Of a DNA stretch of 64,000 nt, positions 25,569-34,296 are shown in pieces. A program made the position numbers and the translations under genes. Source of the DNA: Methanomicrobia archaeon (GTDB lineage Archaea; Halobacteriota; Bog-38; Methanoflorentales; Methanoflorentaceae); assembly GCA_015661395.1 (NCBI GenBank), contig JACWML010000004.1, forward strand, positions 4,910-68,909, given 5' to 3'. Under the pieces are notes generated by a model that was not told the DNA's origin, searched no databases, and saw only the letters and a program-made list of their open reading frames with translations. Within the stretch, counting starts at the first letter, position 1, and the number at the start of each line of letters is the position of its first letter.

Positions 25569-26305
25569 AGATCTATTTTTCGTCCGCCCACGTCGATCTT
25601 GAGCAGCTCGAAGATCTTAAGGATATCGGCTTCCAAGGCTGGGAAGTAATCGCGGAGGGGCCGCAGAAGCTGGATGACGACATGATCTCTTTGATTGATC
25701 ACCTCAGGTCCTCGTATGACCTTGAGATTAGCGTTCACGCTCCATTTTCTGACTTGAACATCGCGAGCCTCAATGAGCCTATTTGGGGTGAAACTCTTAG
25801 GCAGATCAAGGCGGCGATAGAGGCGGTGGCAAGCTATGCACGTGTTTTTGTAATCCACCCCGGTTATGTATCGCCCCTCGCGGCGTTCTGCCCGGATAAG
25901 GCGTTGCGCAAGAACAAAGAGGCACTGTTCCAGCTCACGCGTTGTGCGAGAGAGCATGGCGTCACTGTGACCATCGAAAACATGGTCAATGTGGAATTTC
26001 TGCTCGGTCGGTTTCCCGATGAAATAGCAGACATGCGCGTTGATGGTCTAGGCTTCACTTTTGACGTTGGCCACGCAAACACAGCTGACGCAATAGACTC
26101 CTTCTTACGAATGTCTGTAGACCACGTTCATCTGCACGACAACAACGGCCAAACCGATGAGCACTTAGTCCTCGGCTTAGGAAACATCAACTGGAGCCAC
26201 GTAATGCGCGGACTGAGGCGGTATAAGGGTGTTTTCGTTTTGGAATCAAGGACACTCGATGAAGGCGTTCGAAGCTTGACGTATTTACAACGCATTACCC
26301 TTTGA
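25565..26305 (+). CDS. sugar phosphate isomerase/epimerase (xylose isomerase-like TIM barrel)
   Basis: 246 aa with HAPF, VIHPG, IENM, FDVGHAN and VHLHDN motifs typical of the AP endonuclease 2 / TIM-barrel family. Confidence 0.7.
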   Translation: MKIYFSSAHVDLEQLEDLKDIGFQGWEVIAEGPQKLDDDMISLIDHLRSSYDLEISVHAPFSDLNIASLNEPIWGETLRQIKAAIEAVASYARVFVIHPGYVSPLAAFCPDKALRKNKEALFQLTRCAREHGVTVTIENMVNVEFLLGRFPDEIADMRVDGLGFTFDVGHANTADAIDSFLRMSVDHVHLHDNNGQTDEHLVLGLGNINWSHVMRGLRRYKGVFVLESRTLDEGVRSLTYLQRITL

Positions 26306-26334
26306 GGTGTTCGCCAATTGCATCGAGTCGTCTC

Positions 26335-27240
26335 TTAGTCGAGCCGATCTCTGTACGGCACCTCTATTTCAAGCAGATCATCCGCGACAAATGTGTTGTG
26401 GAAGATGAGTCGCGCTTCTTCCAGCAACGGCGACGCATTTGCGTACCGAGAGCTTATGTGAGTTAGAATTAGCTTAACCACGCCCGCTTTGCGTGCTATG
26501 TAAGCTGCTTCGGATGCCGTCGAATGGCCGACAGCTTTTGCGTATCCGGCTAGGTCTCCAGCTAGCGTTGCTTCGTGAATAAGTAAGTCGGCGTTTCTTG
26601 CAGCTTGCACAACCTCATCAGAAGGACGCGTATCTCCTGCATAGACGATTTTCCTGCCTGGACGCTTTGGTCCAATCACTTGTTCTGGCATTACGACGCG
26701 ATCTCCGATAGCCACTGATTCGCCGTTTTGGAGGGTTTGGTACAATGGTCCGGGCTTCAGTCCAAGCTCTTCTGCTTTTCTTCTGTCAAACTTGCCAGGC
26801 CGTTCGTGCTCTTCAAAAACATAACCGCATGCGCCTATCCCGTGATCCACAGCGAAAACTCGCACGGAGAACGAGCCTAGTTCTATCATATCTCCTGGCG
26901 AGACTTCCACAAAATCTACCTGAAACTGGGGATTAATAAGTGCAAAAAAGTTTGGAACACCCGCCCACCGAGGTCCATATACGTTTAGCTTGTCGTTCCG
27001 GTTCAGAAAGGACATAGTGTGAATCAGTCCTGGCAAGCCGAGGAAATGGTCAGCGTGCCAGTGACTTATAAATACAGAGGACAGGTTGATTCCGGTACGG
27101 CAACGCATCATCTGGCGTTGCGTCCCTTCGCCACAGTCAAAGAGGATGGCGTCGCCATCGCGTTTTATCAGTATGGAAGGAAGACTTCTAGCGACCGTTG
27201 GCATTGAGCCGCTCGTACCGAGAAAGAGTACCTTCAGCAT
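26335..27240 (-). CDS. rnz: ribonuclease Z
   Basis: MLKVLFLGTSGSMPT and the metallo-beta-lactamase motif ISHWHADHFLGLPGL. 301 aa. Confidence 0.9.
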   Translation of the reverse strand: MLKVLFLGTSGSMPTVARSLPSILIKRDGDAILFDCGEGTQRQMMRCRTGINLSSVFISHWHADHFLGLPGLIHTMSFLNRNDKLNVYGPRWAGVPNFFALINPQFQVDFVEVSPGDMIELGSFSVRVFAVDHGIGACGYVFEEHERPGKFDRRKAEELGLKPGPLYQTLQNGESVAIGDRVVMPEQVIGPKRPGRKIVYAGDTRPSDEVVQAARNADLLIHEATLAGDLAGYAKAVGHSTASEAAYIARKAGVVKLILTHISSRYANASPLLEEARLIFHNTFVADDLLEIEVPYRDRLD

Positions 27241-27355
27241 AGTGCGGTAGTTAACAACTAGTCTGTAATCGAAGTTTTGCTCTAGTCAGAGAAATTTACG
27301 TCTTTGCTTCTAATTCGGTCGACGTGATGACGTGAGTTTTTTATGGCTACATTCG

Positions 27356-27625
27356 CTACGACATTACTTTTCTAACATATTTTCTGACCAAAGGTTCGGG
27401 CACGGTGATGTTTCCTTGCATTCCGTTAATGGCGATCCACGTATTGATTGCCGTACAGACCTGCAGTGCTTGGTTCTTGTTTTTGACGTTTGCAATCATT
27501 ATCCTAGCGATGCTTGTCAGATTTGTAATGGTCAGGTCGTGCGATACTTCTATCATCCGCAACTGCGATGCGATCTGTTCCTGCAAATCATCTCCGGAAT
27601 CACTTTCTTTTACGTTTGGCGACAT
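27356..27625 (-). CDS. hypothetical protein (89 aa), weak call
   Basis: This is the most protein-like of several overlapping ORFs in 27332-27697. No family recognised and the strand is uncertain. Confidence 0.3.
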   Translation of the reverse strand: MSPNVKESDSGDDLQEQIASQLRMIEVSHDLTITNLTSIARIMIANVKNKNQALQVCTAINTWIAINGMQGNITVPEPLVRKYVRKVMS

Positions 27626-27784
27626 AGCTTGGCTCCGAGTTCAACAATAAAATGCAGCCAATACTTTAAGCTTTCCGAAGAAAGGCTTCGATGTTAAAAA
27701 TAGCTATGAAACGCCTGATATCCTCCTGTGCGGCTCCACCTGTGGAGGACAAGCTGTTTATATCAAAACGCGTGACCATTCCCC

Positions 27785-27913
27785 ATGGATTCGACGCAAT
27801 CTGAGGAACAGCTGACCCCTGAAGAGTGGAAGAAGAAGATGGAAAGAAAGAGAAAAAAACAAAAAGAGATCCTACCAAATGAGTCAGAAATCTACGAAAT
27901 GAACAGCAAATAA
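27785..27913 (+). CDS. lysine/glutamate-rich micro-ORF (42 aa), probably leaderless
   Basis: My own translation is MDSTQSEEQLTPEEWKKKMERKRKKQKEILPNESEIYEMNSK*. The TATA-like gtttatatca (27756-27765) is centred about 24 nt upstream of the ATG. Confidence 0.35.
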   Translation: MDSTQSEEQLTPEEWKKKMERKRKKQKEILPNESEIYEMNSK

Positions 27914-28364
27914 CGAACGATACTCTAGGGTCCAGGTGTTCTAACTCGTAATTCGGTTCAGGAATAATGTTTCGCGAAGTTCGTCAGGTATTGATATGAA
28001 TCTTCTTTCGTTTGAATAACTACTTCGTAACTCGCGTTGAAGTTGCTTGTCCGCAATCTACTCAGCTTTTGTTTCAGTAGCATTTAGGTCCAAAAAGATA
28101 GATCTGAGAGCCGATTCAGCGCGCGTCCTGTGTTTCGCGTCTGCTTGTTTCGCAGCCTGTAGATCTCAGTGCCTTTCCGCCCGGCTGCAGCGTAGCATAT
28201 GTGACGAAGACGCGCTCGCGGAGATCAAATATTAAGCCTTGATTGCGCTTCATTCTTTTCGTCAAAGTCTTGCGCTATCTAAAACGCGTTTAGCGTGCAA
28301 TTTTATTGGTGCATTTTATAAAAAACTTGGAGAAGTCAAGTAGGTAGCCTCAAGCGCCTTTTCC

Positions 28365-29279
28365 GTGCTCAGCCTCCTATGCTCAGAAAGAGCACTTTTT
28401 TGGCACATGACGTTAGAGATTAATGGTGTGAGAGAGCTCGACTACGTCTGTGAGGTCGGCAAGAACCCCTTGTTGGCTTACACCATGCTGCATACTATTG
28501 ACAAGTTCCAACGTAAGCCGTGTGTCCCGCCCCAGATACTAGCGAAGTTGGAAGGTGTAGCGCCAAAACACGAGGAGGCGCCTTACGCACTGACGCCATC
28601 ACGATTTTACAGAATTCTGTTCCAAATTCATAAAGATTGCGAAAAAAGAGGGCTTGAACTGCGGCTCCCCTATTACTGGTACAAGACGGGCCCTGTCGTA
28701 TACGGGCGGGGTGCCCCCCGAATCTTTGATGTGACGCGCGTAAAAAAAACCCAGCAAGTCACAGCTTCATTTGACCAATGGAAGGATACGATATTGATAT
28801 TCGACGGTTACGAGTCGTCTTTCAGCGATGCCATCTTGCTTACTTTAAACGTTGATATCCTAGCGCGATACACAAAACTTGACATTATTTATGAGTACTC
28901 GCCGAGCCAAATGCACAAGGTTCTGGTCACGATACTTAATCAAGTGCAGAACATGGCAAAAAAGGAGGTCGCAGATGAAGCAGACCTAGACAGTCTCTTT
29001 AAGTTGCTGGCTCGTGTCGTCGGTGAGGACTTTGACGATAGATACAGCGAACTATACGCTCCCTTTGAGCGTGCAGTCGATATGATTCAAACAAAATTGG
29101 CGCCCAGGCCTAACATCGGATACGTTCGTCGTATCGCTGAAGACGCGTGGAACGTTTTTGCGTTAGGCCTAAGAGCGAAAGAAAACGCAAACGTAGATCA
29201 GAAAGAGGTAAAAAAATGGAAAAACAAGTACAGACAAGCGCTGTCAACTTTTGAACTGCAACTTTCTAGTGCGTGCTAA
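28365..29279 (+). CDS. hypothetical protein (about 290-304 aa)
   Basis: Long ORF with an alternative start at MTLEING (28407). No family recognised. The segment FYRILFQIHKDCEKRGLELRLPYYWYKTGPVVY is discussed in the findings. Confidence 0.55.
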   Translation: MLSLLCSERALFWHMTLEINGVRELDYVCEVGKNPLLAYTMLHTIDKFQRKPCVPPQILAKLEGVAPKHEEAPYALTPSRFYRILFQIHKDCEKRGLELRLPYYWYKTGPVVYGRGAPRIFDVTRVKKTQQVTASFDQWKDTILIFDGYESSFSDAILLTLNVDILARYTKLDIIYEYSPSQMHKVLVTILNQVQNMAKKEVADEADLDSLFKLLARVVGEDFDDRYSELYAPFERAVDMIQTKLAPRPNIGYVRRIAEDAWNVFALGLRAKENANVDQKEVKKWKNKYRQALSTFELQLSSAC

Positions 29280-29559
29280 GCCTCACCCATGTTCTCTTTT
29301 TTTGCCAGCGTGGACTCGTGATCCAGCCCAGCCGCTTGCTGCCACGCCGTGACAAGTGAGCAGATTTTGTGTTGCATCGGAAACGGCTACTTCTCTTGGG
29401 ATTTGGATGACACGAGGTTCGGAAGCCTATAGTTTTGGGAGGCCCAATAGCGTGCTCAAAGCGCTTTTCAGGCATTCTAGCAGGCCCTCAGGTCTTAATA
29501 AGTGCAAAATGGGTGTCATCTTTTTATAGTTGAAAAATGTCATTTTACTCGGTGCATGC

Positions 29560-29673
29560 ATGAACGGCAAAGAAGAAAAGAAAGAGGAGTACTACAAAGG
29601 TAAAGAAGTCAAGGGCAAGACGGAAAAGAAGAAGGAGTACTATAAAGGCGAGGAAGTGAAAGGCGAGAAGTAA
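29560..29673 (+). CDS. 37-aa lysine-rich micro-ORF with an internal tandem repeat
   Basis: My own translation is MNGKEEKKEEYYKGKEVKGKTEKKKEYYKGEEVKGEK*. The unit K-E-E/K-Y-Y-K-G-x-E-V-K-G occurs twice. The TATA-like tttttatag (29521-29529) lies about 30 nt upstream of the ATG. Confidence 0.4.
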   Translation: MNGKEEKKEEYYKGKEVKGKTEKKKEYYKGEEVKGEK

Positions 29674-29713
29674 TCTTGCGAGGTGTAAGAACACATGCCC
29701 GTCGCTTGAATTG

Positions 29714-30523
29714 TTAGTTTCGTTCAAACGTCAAGAAACGAGGTATGGCTGGCTGGTAGTTGACTGGGTCAAAGAACTCCAGTTTATGGGGCTCTATCGG
29801 GACGCAGATTCTTGATATCATCCCGTGCAGAGAGTAAGGAAGTCGTATTAGTTTGATGTTTCCGGCAGTGACCCATTCGTCAATTGGGAACCTTCGTGCA
29901 TACGCGTTCGCTAATGAATTTCGTTCTGCACGCGTTAAGTACGTAGCATCGCGGTCTAGCACGTGGATGTGAAAGCCGCGTCCCGAATAGACAATGCGCA
30001 GTTTGGAATACGTTTGTTTAAGCTCGCGATACATCAACGCTGTTTGCTTTCTCAAGATCTTGAACTCTATCAAACATAGCATGCGGCCCTGATGTGCCTT
30101 CATCTTCTGATTCAGGTCGCCGTGGATCGGACAATACACGTTTTCGGGGTCCAAATCGAATACAAGTTCTTGTCCGACATGATGCTTGCAGGGAAGACAC
30201 TTGTCGACCTCGTAGCAGTCTGGGCAGCCTCTGCATATGTCAAGATCTTCATAGTGATTCGTGTCATAGTAGACCCCTTCGGGAAGATATTTCAAGAGGT
30301 ACTCTCGCATACCTCGAAGGTTGCAGTAATCATCAATCACGACCACGTCGTCTCTAATGTCCTCAAATTGTTTGAGGTAGATTTGGGTATACTTGCCAAC
30401 CAAGAATGAGATTACTGTGTTTTTTCGGAAAGGCTGCCAACGACTTAGCGCTTCCGCATTGAACTCGTTGCAGTAGAATTGGGCTCTTTCGGCCAGTGTG
30501 GAGTATCGCATGCCTCTTGGCAT
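29714..30523 (-). CDS. priS: archaeo-eukaryotic primase (AEP) catalytic subunit, PriS-like, compact (about 270 aa)
   Basis: Motif I is ELVFDLDP, motif II is YSGRGFHIHV and motif III is IDEWVT...IKLIRLPYSLHG. There is a Cys-rich cluster, CRGCPDCYEVDKCLPCKHH...CPIHG. The start was set at MPRGMRY (ATG 30523) rather than the track's 30652. Confidence 0.7.
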   Translation of the reverse strand: MPRGMRYSTLAERAQFYCNEFNAEALSRWQPFRKNTVISFLVGKYTQIYLKQFEDIRDDVVVIDDYCNLRGMREYLLKYLPEGVYYDTNHYEDLDICRGCPDCYEVDKCLPCKHHVGQELVFDLDPENVYCPIHGDLNQKMKAHQGRMLCLIEFKILRKQTALMYRELKQTYSKLRIVYSGRGFHIHVLDRDATYLTRAERNSLANAYARRFPIDEWVTAGNIKLIRLPYSLHGMISRICVPIEPHKLEFFDPVNYQPAIPRFLTFERN

Positions 30524-30672
30524 TTTGTACTTGTGCTTCTTCACGTGGTTAGGCTCCGTTAGAACAACTAGTACACGGATCAATGCTGCCGCGCTAGGCC
30601 TTAGCGAGACACATCTAAAAAACGGTTGCGCAGCGCCCCTGCGACTATGCAAAAAAAAAGTGATCGGCGTTC

Positions 30673-31146
30673 TTACTGGAGTTTGAGCGGCCCCCCCTCT
30701 TTGAGCGATTTCATGATAATATCTATTTGAATTATCTCAAGCGGGAGATCAGCTATCTGGGTGTTGATCACACTTTTGAGCTGAGAGTAGTCGTTAGCCG
30801 CAACAGTGAACCGCAAATTATGGTCGCCGCTGACGTGGTCTATTTGAAAAACATTCTCGAATTCTGCTAGTTTTTTCGACAAAGAGTCGAGCTCTTCCAA
30901 ATGGGCCTTTGCAAAGAGGCGGGCACAACAATGCAATCCTACTTTTCCTCGGTCAACAATTGCTGAATATCCCTTTATTACGCCTTCATCTTCCATTATA
31001 GATATCCTGTCGCGTACGGTTGATTCTGACCTGTTTATCGCTTTGGCGATGTCTTTGTACGTCATCCTTCCATCTTGCTGCAAGAGATACAGTATTTTTT
31101 TATTCATTTCATCTATGCGCATTAAGGACACCTCTGCGAAGAACAA
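30673..31146 (-). CDS. Lrp/AsnC family transcriptional regulator
   Basis: HTH segment MNKKILYLLQQDGRMTYKDIAKAINRSESTVRDRISIMEDEGVIKGYSAIVD plus a C-terminal RAM-like domain. The true start is probably an internal ATG at 31125 or 31110. Confidence 0.85.
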   Translation of the reverse strand: MFFAEVSLMRIDEMNKKILYLLQQDGRMTYKDIAKAINRSESTVRDRISIMEDEGVIKGYSAIVDRGKVGLHCCARLFAKAHLEELDSLSKKLAEFENVFQIDHVSGDHNLRFTVAANDYSQLKSVINTQIADLPLEIIQIDIIMKSLKEGGPLKLQ

Positions 31147-31366
31147 AGTGAACTCTCAAAGAGTTGATAAATACCTATGTAGTGAAATTTTTTTGTTACG
31201 CTATCCCAGGACGAAAACATCTGCACAATAACAAATTGTTGGGGCTAAGACGTGCGCGCCGCACATCGCTTTGCCGTGTCTGTCGGGCGAGAAACTTAGG
31301 TGGCCTTCACCAGGGGAATTTCAAGAAGAAAAACGCCAAAAAACGTATGTAGTGACAGAGTTTAAT

Positions 31367-31774
31367 ATGGCAAGCATGTCTGAATTCAGCGCTTCGAAAG
31401 CAGAGGCCCTTCACGACGAAGTAGTTAGAGAAGCAGGCACGAGCATATTTAAAAAATACAAAGTTGTCATGAACATAATGGGGAAAAACGTTGCTAGCAT
31501 CGAAAATGTGTACCCAGACCTCCTCGCCTACGACGTCTATAGTGTCAAACCATTTCTAGCAAGCGATACACCGACACTAATTTCGGAAGTAGAGGTCGGG
31601 GAAGAGATAACGGACGAGCTCGTTGCGAAATGGCTTCAGCTGAAGGGCTTAGACGTTGACCGAATCGTTTTGATCTTGCCGGAAAAAACGAGAAGCAGCG
31701 CGGAAGATGCGCTTACGAAACTTGGCCCAAAATTCGAACTTCACTTCTTTGACAAGGATTTACGTATTAGTTAG
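31367..31774 (+). CDS. hypothetical protein (135 aa)
   Basis: ORF taken from the internal ATG at 31367 (MASMSEFSASK). No family recognised. It has a weak PD...E-x-E pattern (YPDLLAYD...ISEVEVGEE). Confidence 0.5.
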   Translation: MASMSEFSASKAEALHDEVVREAGTSIFKKYKVVMNIMGKNVASIENVYPDLLAYDVYSVKPFLASDTPTLISEVEVGEEITDELVAKWLQLKGLDVDRIVLILPEKTRSSAEDALTKLGPKFELHFFDKDLRIS

Positions 31775-31915
31775 CGTGAGCGGAACCAATTCGAAGGCGC
31801 TGTGTCGGGGCCTACTTTGGACTCAATTCTTTCGCATTTGGTGGCCTTTCATTGAGATTGTTATAAATATGTGAGCGCAATATTGTGAGCGTGTGGGGTC
31901 GTAGTAGAGGGCATT

Positions 31916-32260
31916 ATGTTGATGGGTAAAGTGCGTTATCGCTGTGACAAAGATTCTACAATTATAGTAATACCTGCAAAATGCATAGAGACGTTTTGCA
32001 TAGGAAGCGCATTTCCACTAAACAAATCATCCGGGAGCGTCTCTACGAGCATCAAAGAAGAGACGATAAGGCTGGTCGAAACTACAGGAGCGGTAGAAGC
32101 AACGCGTAGAGGCGTTGTCGGAACCTATACCAGAGATGAGGACAACATAGAAGTCTTTTTGCCCATTCGTGTGTGCGAGACTGTTTTTAAGACAGAGAGT
32201 TACGAGGGAGAACTAAGAATCGAGGTCGTCGACGATGCGGTTCTCGTTACCCCGGTATGA
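31916..32260 (+). CDS. hypothetical protein (114 aa), possibly an internally duplicated AbrB/SpoVT-like fold
   Basis: Two similar halves (KVRYRCDKDSTIIVIPAKCIETF and VVGTYTRDEDNIEVFLPIRVCETVF), each resembling a swapped-hairpin beta-strand motif. This assignment is weak. Confidence 0.45.
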   Translation: MLMGKVRYRCDKDSTIIVIPAKCIETFCIGSAFPLNKSSGSVSTSIKEETIRLVETTGAVEATRRGVVGTYTRDEDNIEVFLPIRVCETVFKTESYEGELRIEVVDDAVLVTPV

Positions 32261-32263
32261 GCG

Positions 32264-33088
32264 TCAACTAGTGAACTTGTATGCATATACTTCGGTTCTC
32301 GCCACTTCCGCTAACGAAATTGAAAAATTGCGCGGTATATAGATTTGAAATGGCGCCGTCTTTTCTGGAGCCAACTCTCCTTGCGGCTTGCCCACGAAAA
32401 CGCCGAGGACATTTCCGTCTTTTCTATAGAGTGCGACCGCTACAACCGAAGAGTTGACGTTCTCCGTGCCCCCGTTGTAAACCTCTCCGCTCACGCTGAT
32501 CGTCCTGTTGAAGAAAGTGGTTTTGTCGTTCACGATCGCCAGCGGATACGGGTTTTCGTTTGAGAGCTTATAGTCGGGCAGCAGTATCCTGTAGCTTAAA
32601 TTATATTTTTTGGCTGGTTGCGTACTAGTTTGAGTTTTTGAATTGTTTGAGGTGACATTTCGCGTAGAGGCCGCTGTTTTAAAGTTCGCTGATGTAACTT
32701 GTGTTTGATTTGGGGCGGTGGTGCTAGCACCGCCAAATGCCACTGGCAACATTTTGATCATAAACGGTGTGGTCTCTCCAGGGAGGAGGGTTGAATTGAC
32801 TCCTGTTTCCGGACCTGCGTAGCCTCGCTCGTACGTTGTGTTGTTCGCGTATCCCTCAGCTTGAAGGCTAACGTCCACGAGGTTCTGTGTTCCCACGTTT
32901 TTGATGATACCTGTGAGATACGACGTGCCGTTGTAAGTGTAATAATAGGTATGCGTGATGTTGACCGCGTTGACTGTAGAGTGAGTCGTTTCATTGTTGG
33001 GTTGCTCGGTCAGACATCCGGCGAAGCTAACCGCTAATAAGACGAGAATCAAGAGTGCGCAAGAGCGTGTCACGGTTGGAGGCGCCAT
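32264..33088 (-). CDS. secreted or lipid-anchored protein rich in N-glycosylation sequons
   Basis: Signal peptide plus a lipobox-like site (LLAVSFAGCLTEQ). There are at least 12 N-x-S/T sequons (NET, NIT, NGT, NTT, NST, NQT, NVT, NNS, NLS, NRT, NSS, NFS). Confidence 0.6.
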   Translation of the reverse strand: MAPPTVTRSCALLILVLLAVSFAGCLTEQPNNETTHSTVNAVNITHTYYYTYNGTSYLTGIIKNVGTQNLVDVSLQAEGYANNTTYERGYAGPETGVNSTLLPGETTPFMIKMLPVAFGGASTTAPNQTQVTSANFKTAASTRNVTSNNSKTQTSTQPAKKYNLSYRILLPDYKLSNENPYPLAIVNDKTTFFNRTISVSGEVYNGGTENVNSSVVAVALYRKDGNVLGVFVGKPQGELAPEKTAPFQIYIPRNFSISLAEVARTEVYAYKFTS

Positions 33089-33120
33089 TGTAGTCTTATT
33101 GATTCGCGGAACGGTGTTAT

Positions 33121-33999
33121 CTAGTCTACGATCTTGCTAATTGATAACTCTAAAATATCTTCTGCTCCGTGCTGCTTCAGCTTCGGAATCAGCTCGTTGA
33201 TTTGTCCTTTCGCTACCACTGATTCCACGGCGTAGTAGTCTGCGCTATATAATTTGGCGACGCTGGGGGCCTTCATCGTGGGCAAGATCCTAATGATTTC
33301 TTCGAGCTTGTTTTCAGGGACGTTCATCTTAATCAAAACCCTGTTCTGGGCGTCGATGGCACCTAGAATGAGCGTCTTTATGTCATCAATGGAGCGCCGC
33401 TTTGCCTCGTAGCTTGCTTCGTTGGCAATGAGCACAGTTGATGATTCAAGAATAACGTCGATCACCTTGAGACCACTCCTCCGAAGGGTCTCGCCGGTCT
33501 CGGTTAACTCTACTATACCATCCATGATATCGGGGACTTTAGCTTCTGTGGCGCCGTACGACAAGAATATGTCAACGGAAATTCCCTTCTGCTCGAAATA
33601 TTGCTTTGCTAGACGTGGATATTCTGTCGAAATCCTACTGCCTTGCCTCAAATCAAACGGAGAATTTGCCGTCGATTGTTCGTGGACTGCGAGCACGATC
33701 TTGACCTTTTCGGACGCGGTTTTGCTGTATGGCAGCTCCGCGATGATACGTACGTCACTGCCGGTCTCGCGTACCCAATCCAATCCAGTTATGCCGAGAT
33801 CAAAATAGGCTGCCGCAACATATTGAGGGATCTCTTGAGGCCTCAGTACTTTTACGCTACTTATTCTGAAATCTTTAATCTTCGGATTGTAGTCCCTCGG
33901 GCTTTTTCGAATAACTTCTAGGTCTGCCAGCTTCAAGAACTTGATCGTTTGTTCCTCCAGGCTGCCTTTGGGTATTACAAACTTAATTTCATCACTCAT
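33121..33999 (-). CDS. hisG: ATP phosphoribosyltransferase (long form)
   Basis: IKFVIPKGSLEEQT...LRPQEIPQYVAAAYFDLGITGLDWV, with a C-terminal regulatory domain. 292 aa. Confidence 0.9.
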   Translation of the reverse strand: MSDEIKFVIPKGSLEEQTIKFLKLADLEVIRKSPRDYNPKIKDFRISSVKVLRPQEIPQYVAAAYFDLGITGLDWVRETGSDVRIIAELPYSKTASEKVKIVLAVHEQSTANSPFDLRQGSRISTEYPRLAKQYFEQKGISVDIFLSYGATEAKVPDIMDGIVELTETGETLRRSGLKVIDVILESSTVLIANEASYEAKRRSIDDIKTLILGAIDAQNRVLIKMNVPENKLEEIIRILPTMKAPSVAKLYSADYYAVESVVAKGQINELIPKLKQHGAEDILELSISKIVD

Positions 34000-34296
34000 T
34001 TGAATTAACTATGAATCTTTGGTATTTAAAATTCATTGGGTATCCTCGCAACCTATGCCGCTGTTTGGGTTTAGCTAGGGCCTCGCTGGTGATTCGACGC
34101 TAAGGAAAGTGCTTTGCGGACTCGGTGGCTTTTTGGTTGAGGGTGGCAACTCACACTTCAGCAGTGTGCACAATGAGGCAAATGGGCCGTTCTGGCTCTT
34201 TGCACGTTTTAGGTGCCCGGTTTCTCGCGCAATCGAGAAGAACATTTTTAAAGGCTGAATGTGGTGGTAAGTACACAGACTTGCTAGGCTACAATC

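Noticed and set aside
27324-27387. A possible C/D box sRNA, with GTGATGA at 27324-27330 and CTGA at 27384-27387 about 53 nt apart.
   Set aside because: There are no recognisable internal D' or C' boxes and no terminal stem. The C and D box strings alone are too common to count as evidence.
29545-29727. A 60-aa minus-strand ORF (MNETNNSSDGHVFLHLARLLLAFHFLAFIVLLLLF...).
   Set aside because: Its Leu/Phe-rich sequence is the antisense reading of the AAG/GAA-rich plus-strand micro-ORF. The plus-strand frame has a TATA box and a clean internal repeat. For the same reason I rejected 27666-27878 in favour of the 27785-27913 plus-strand ORF.
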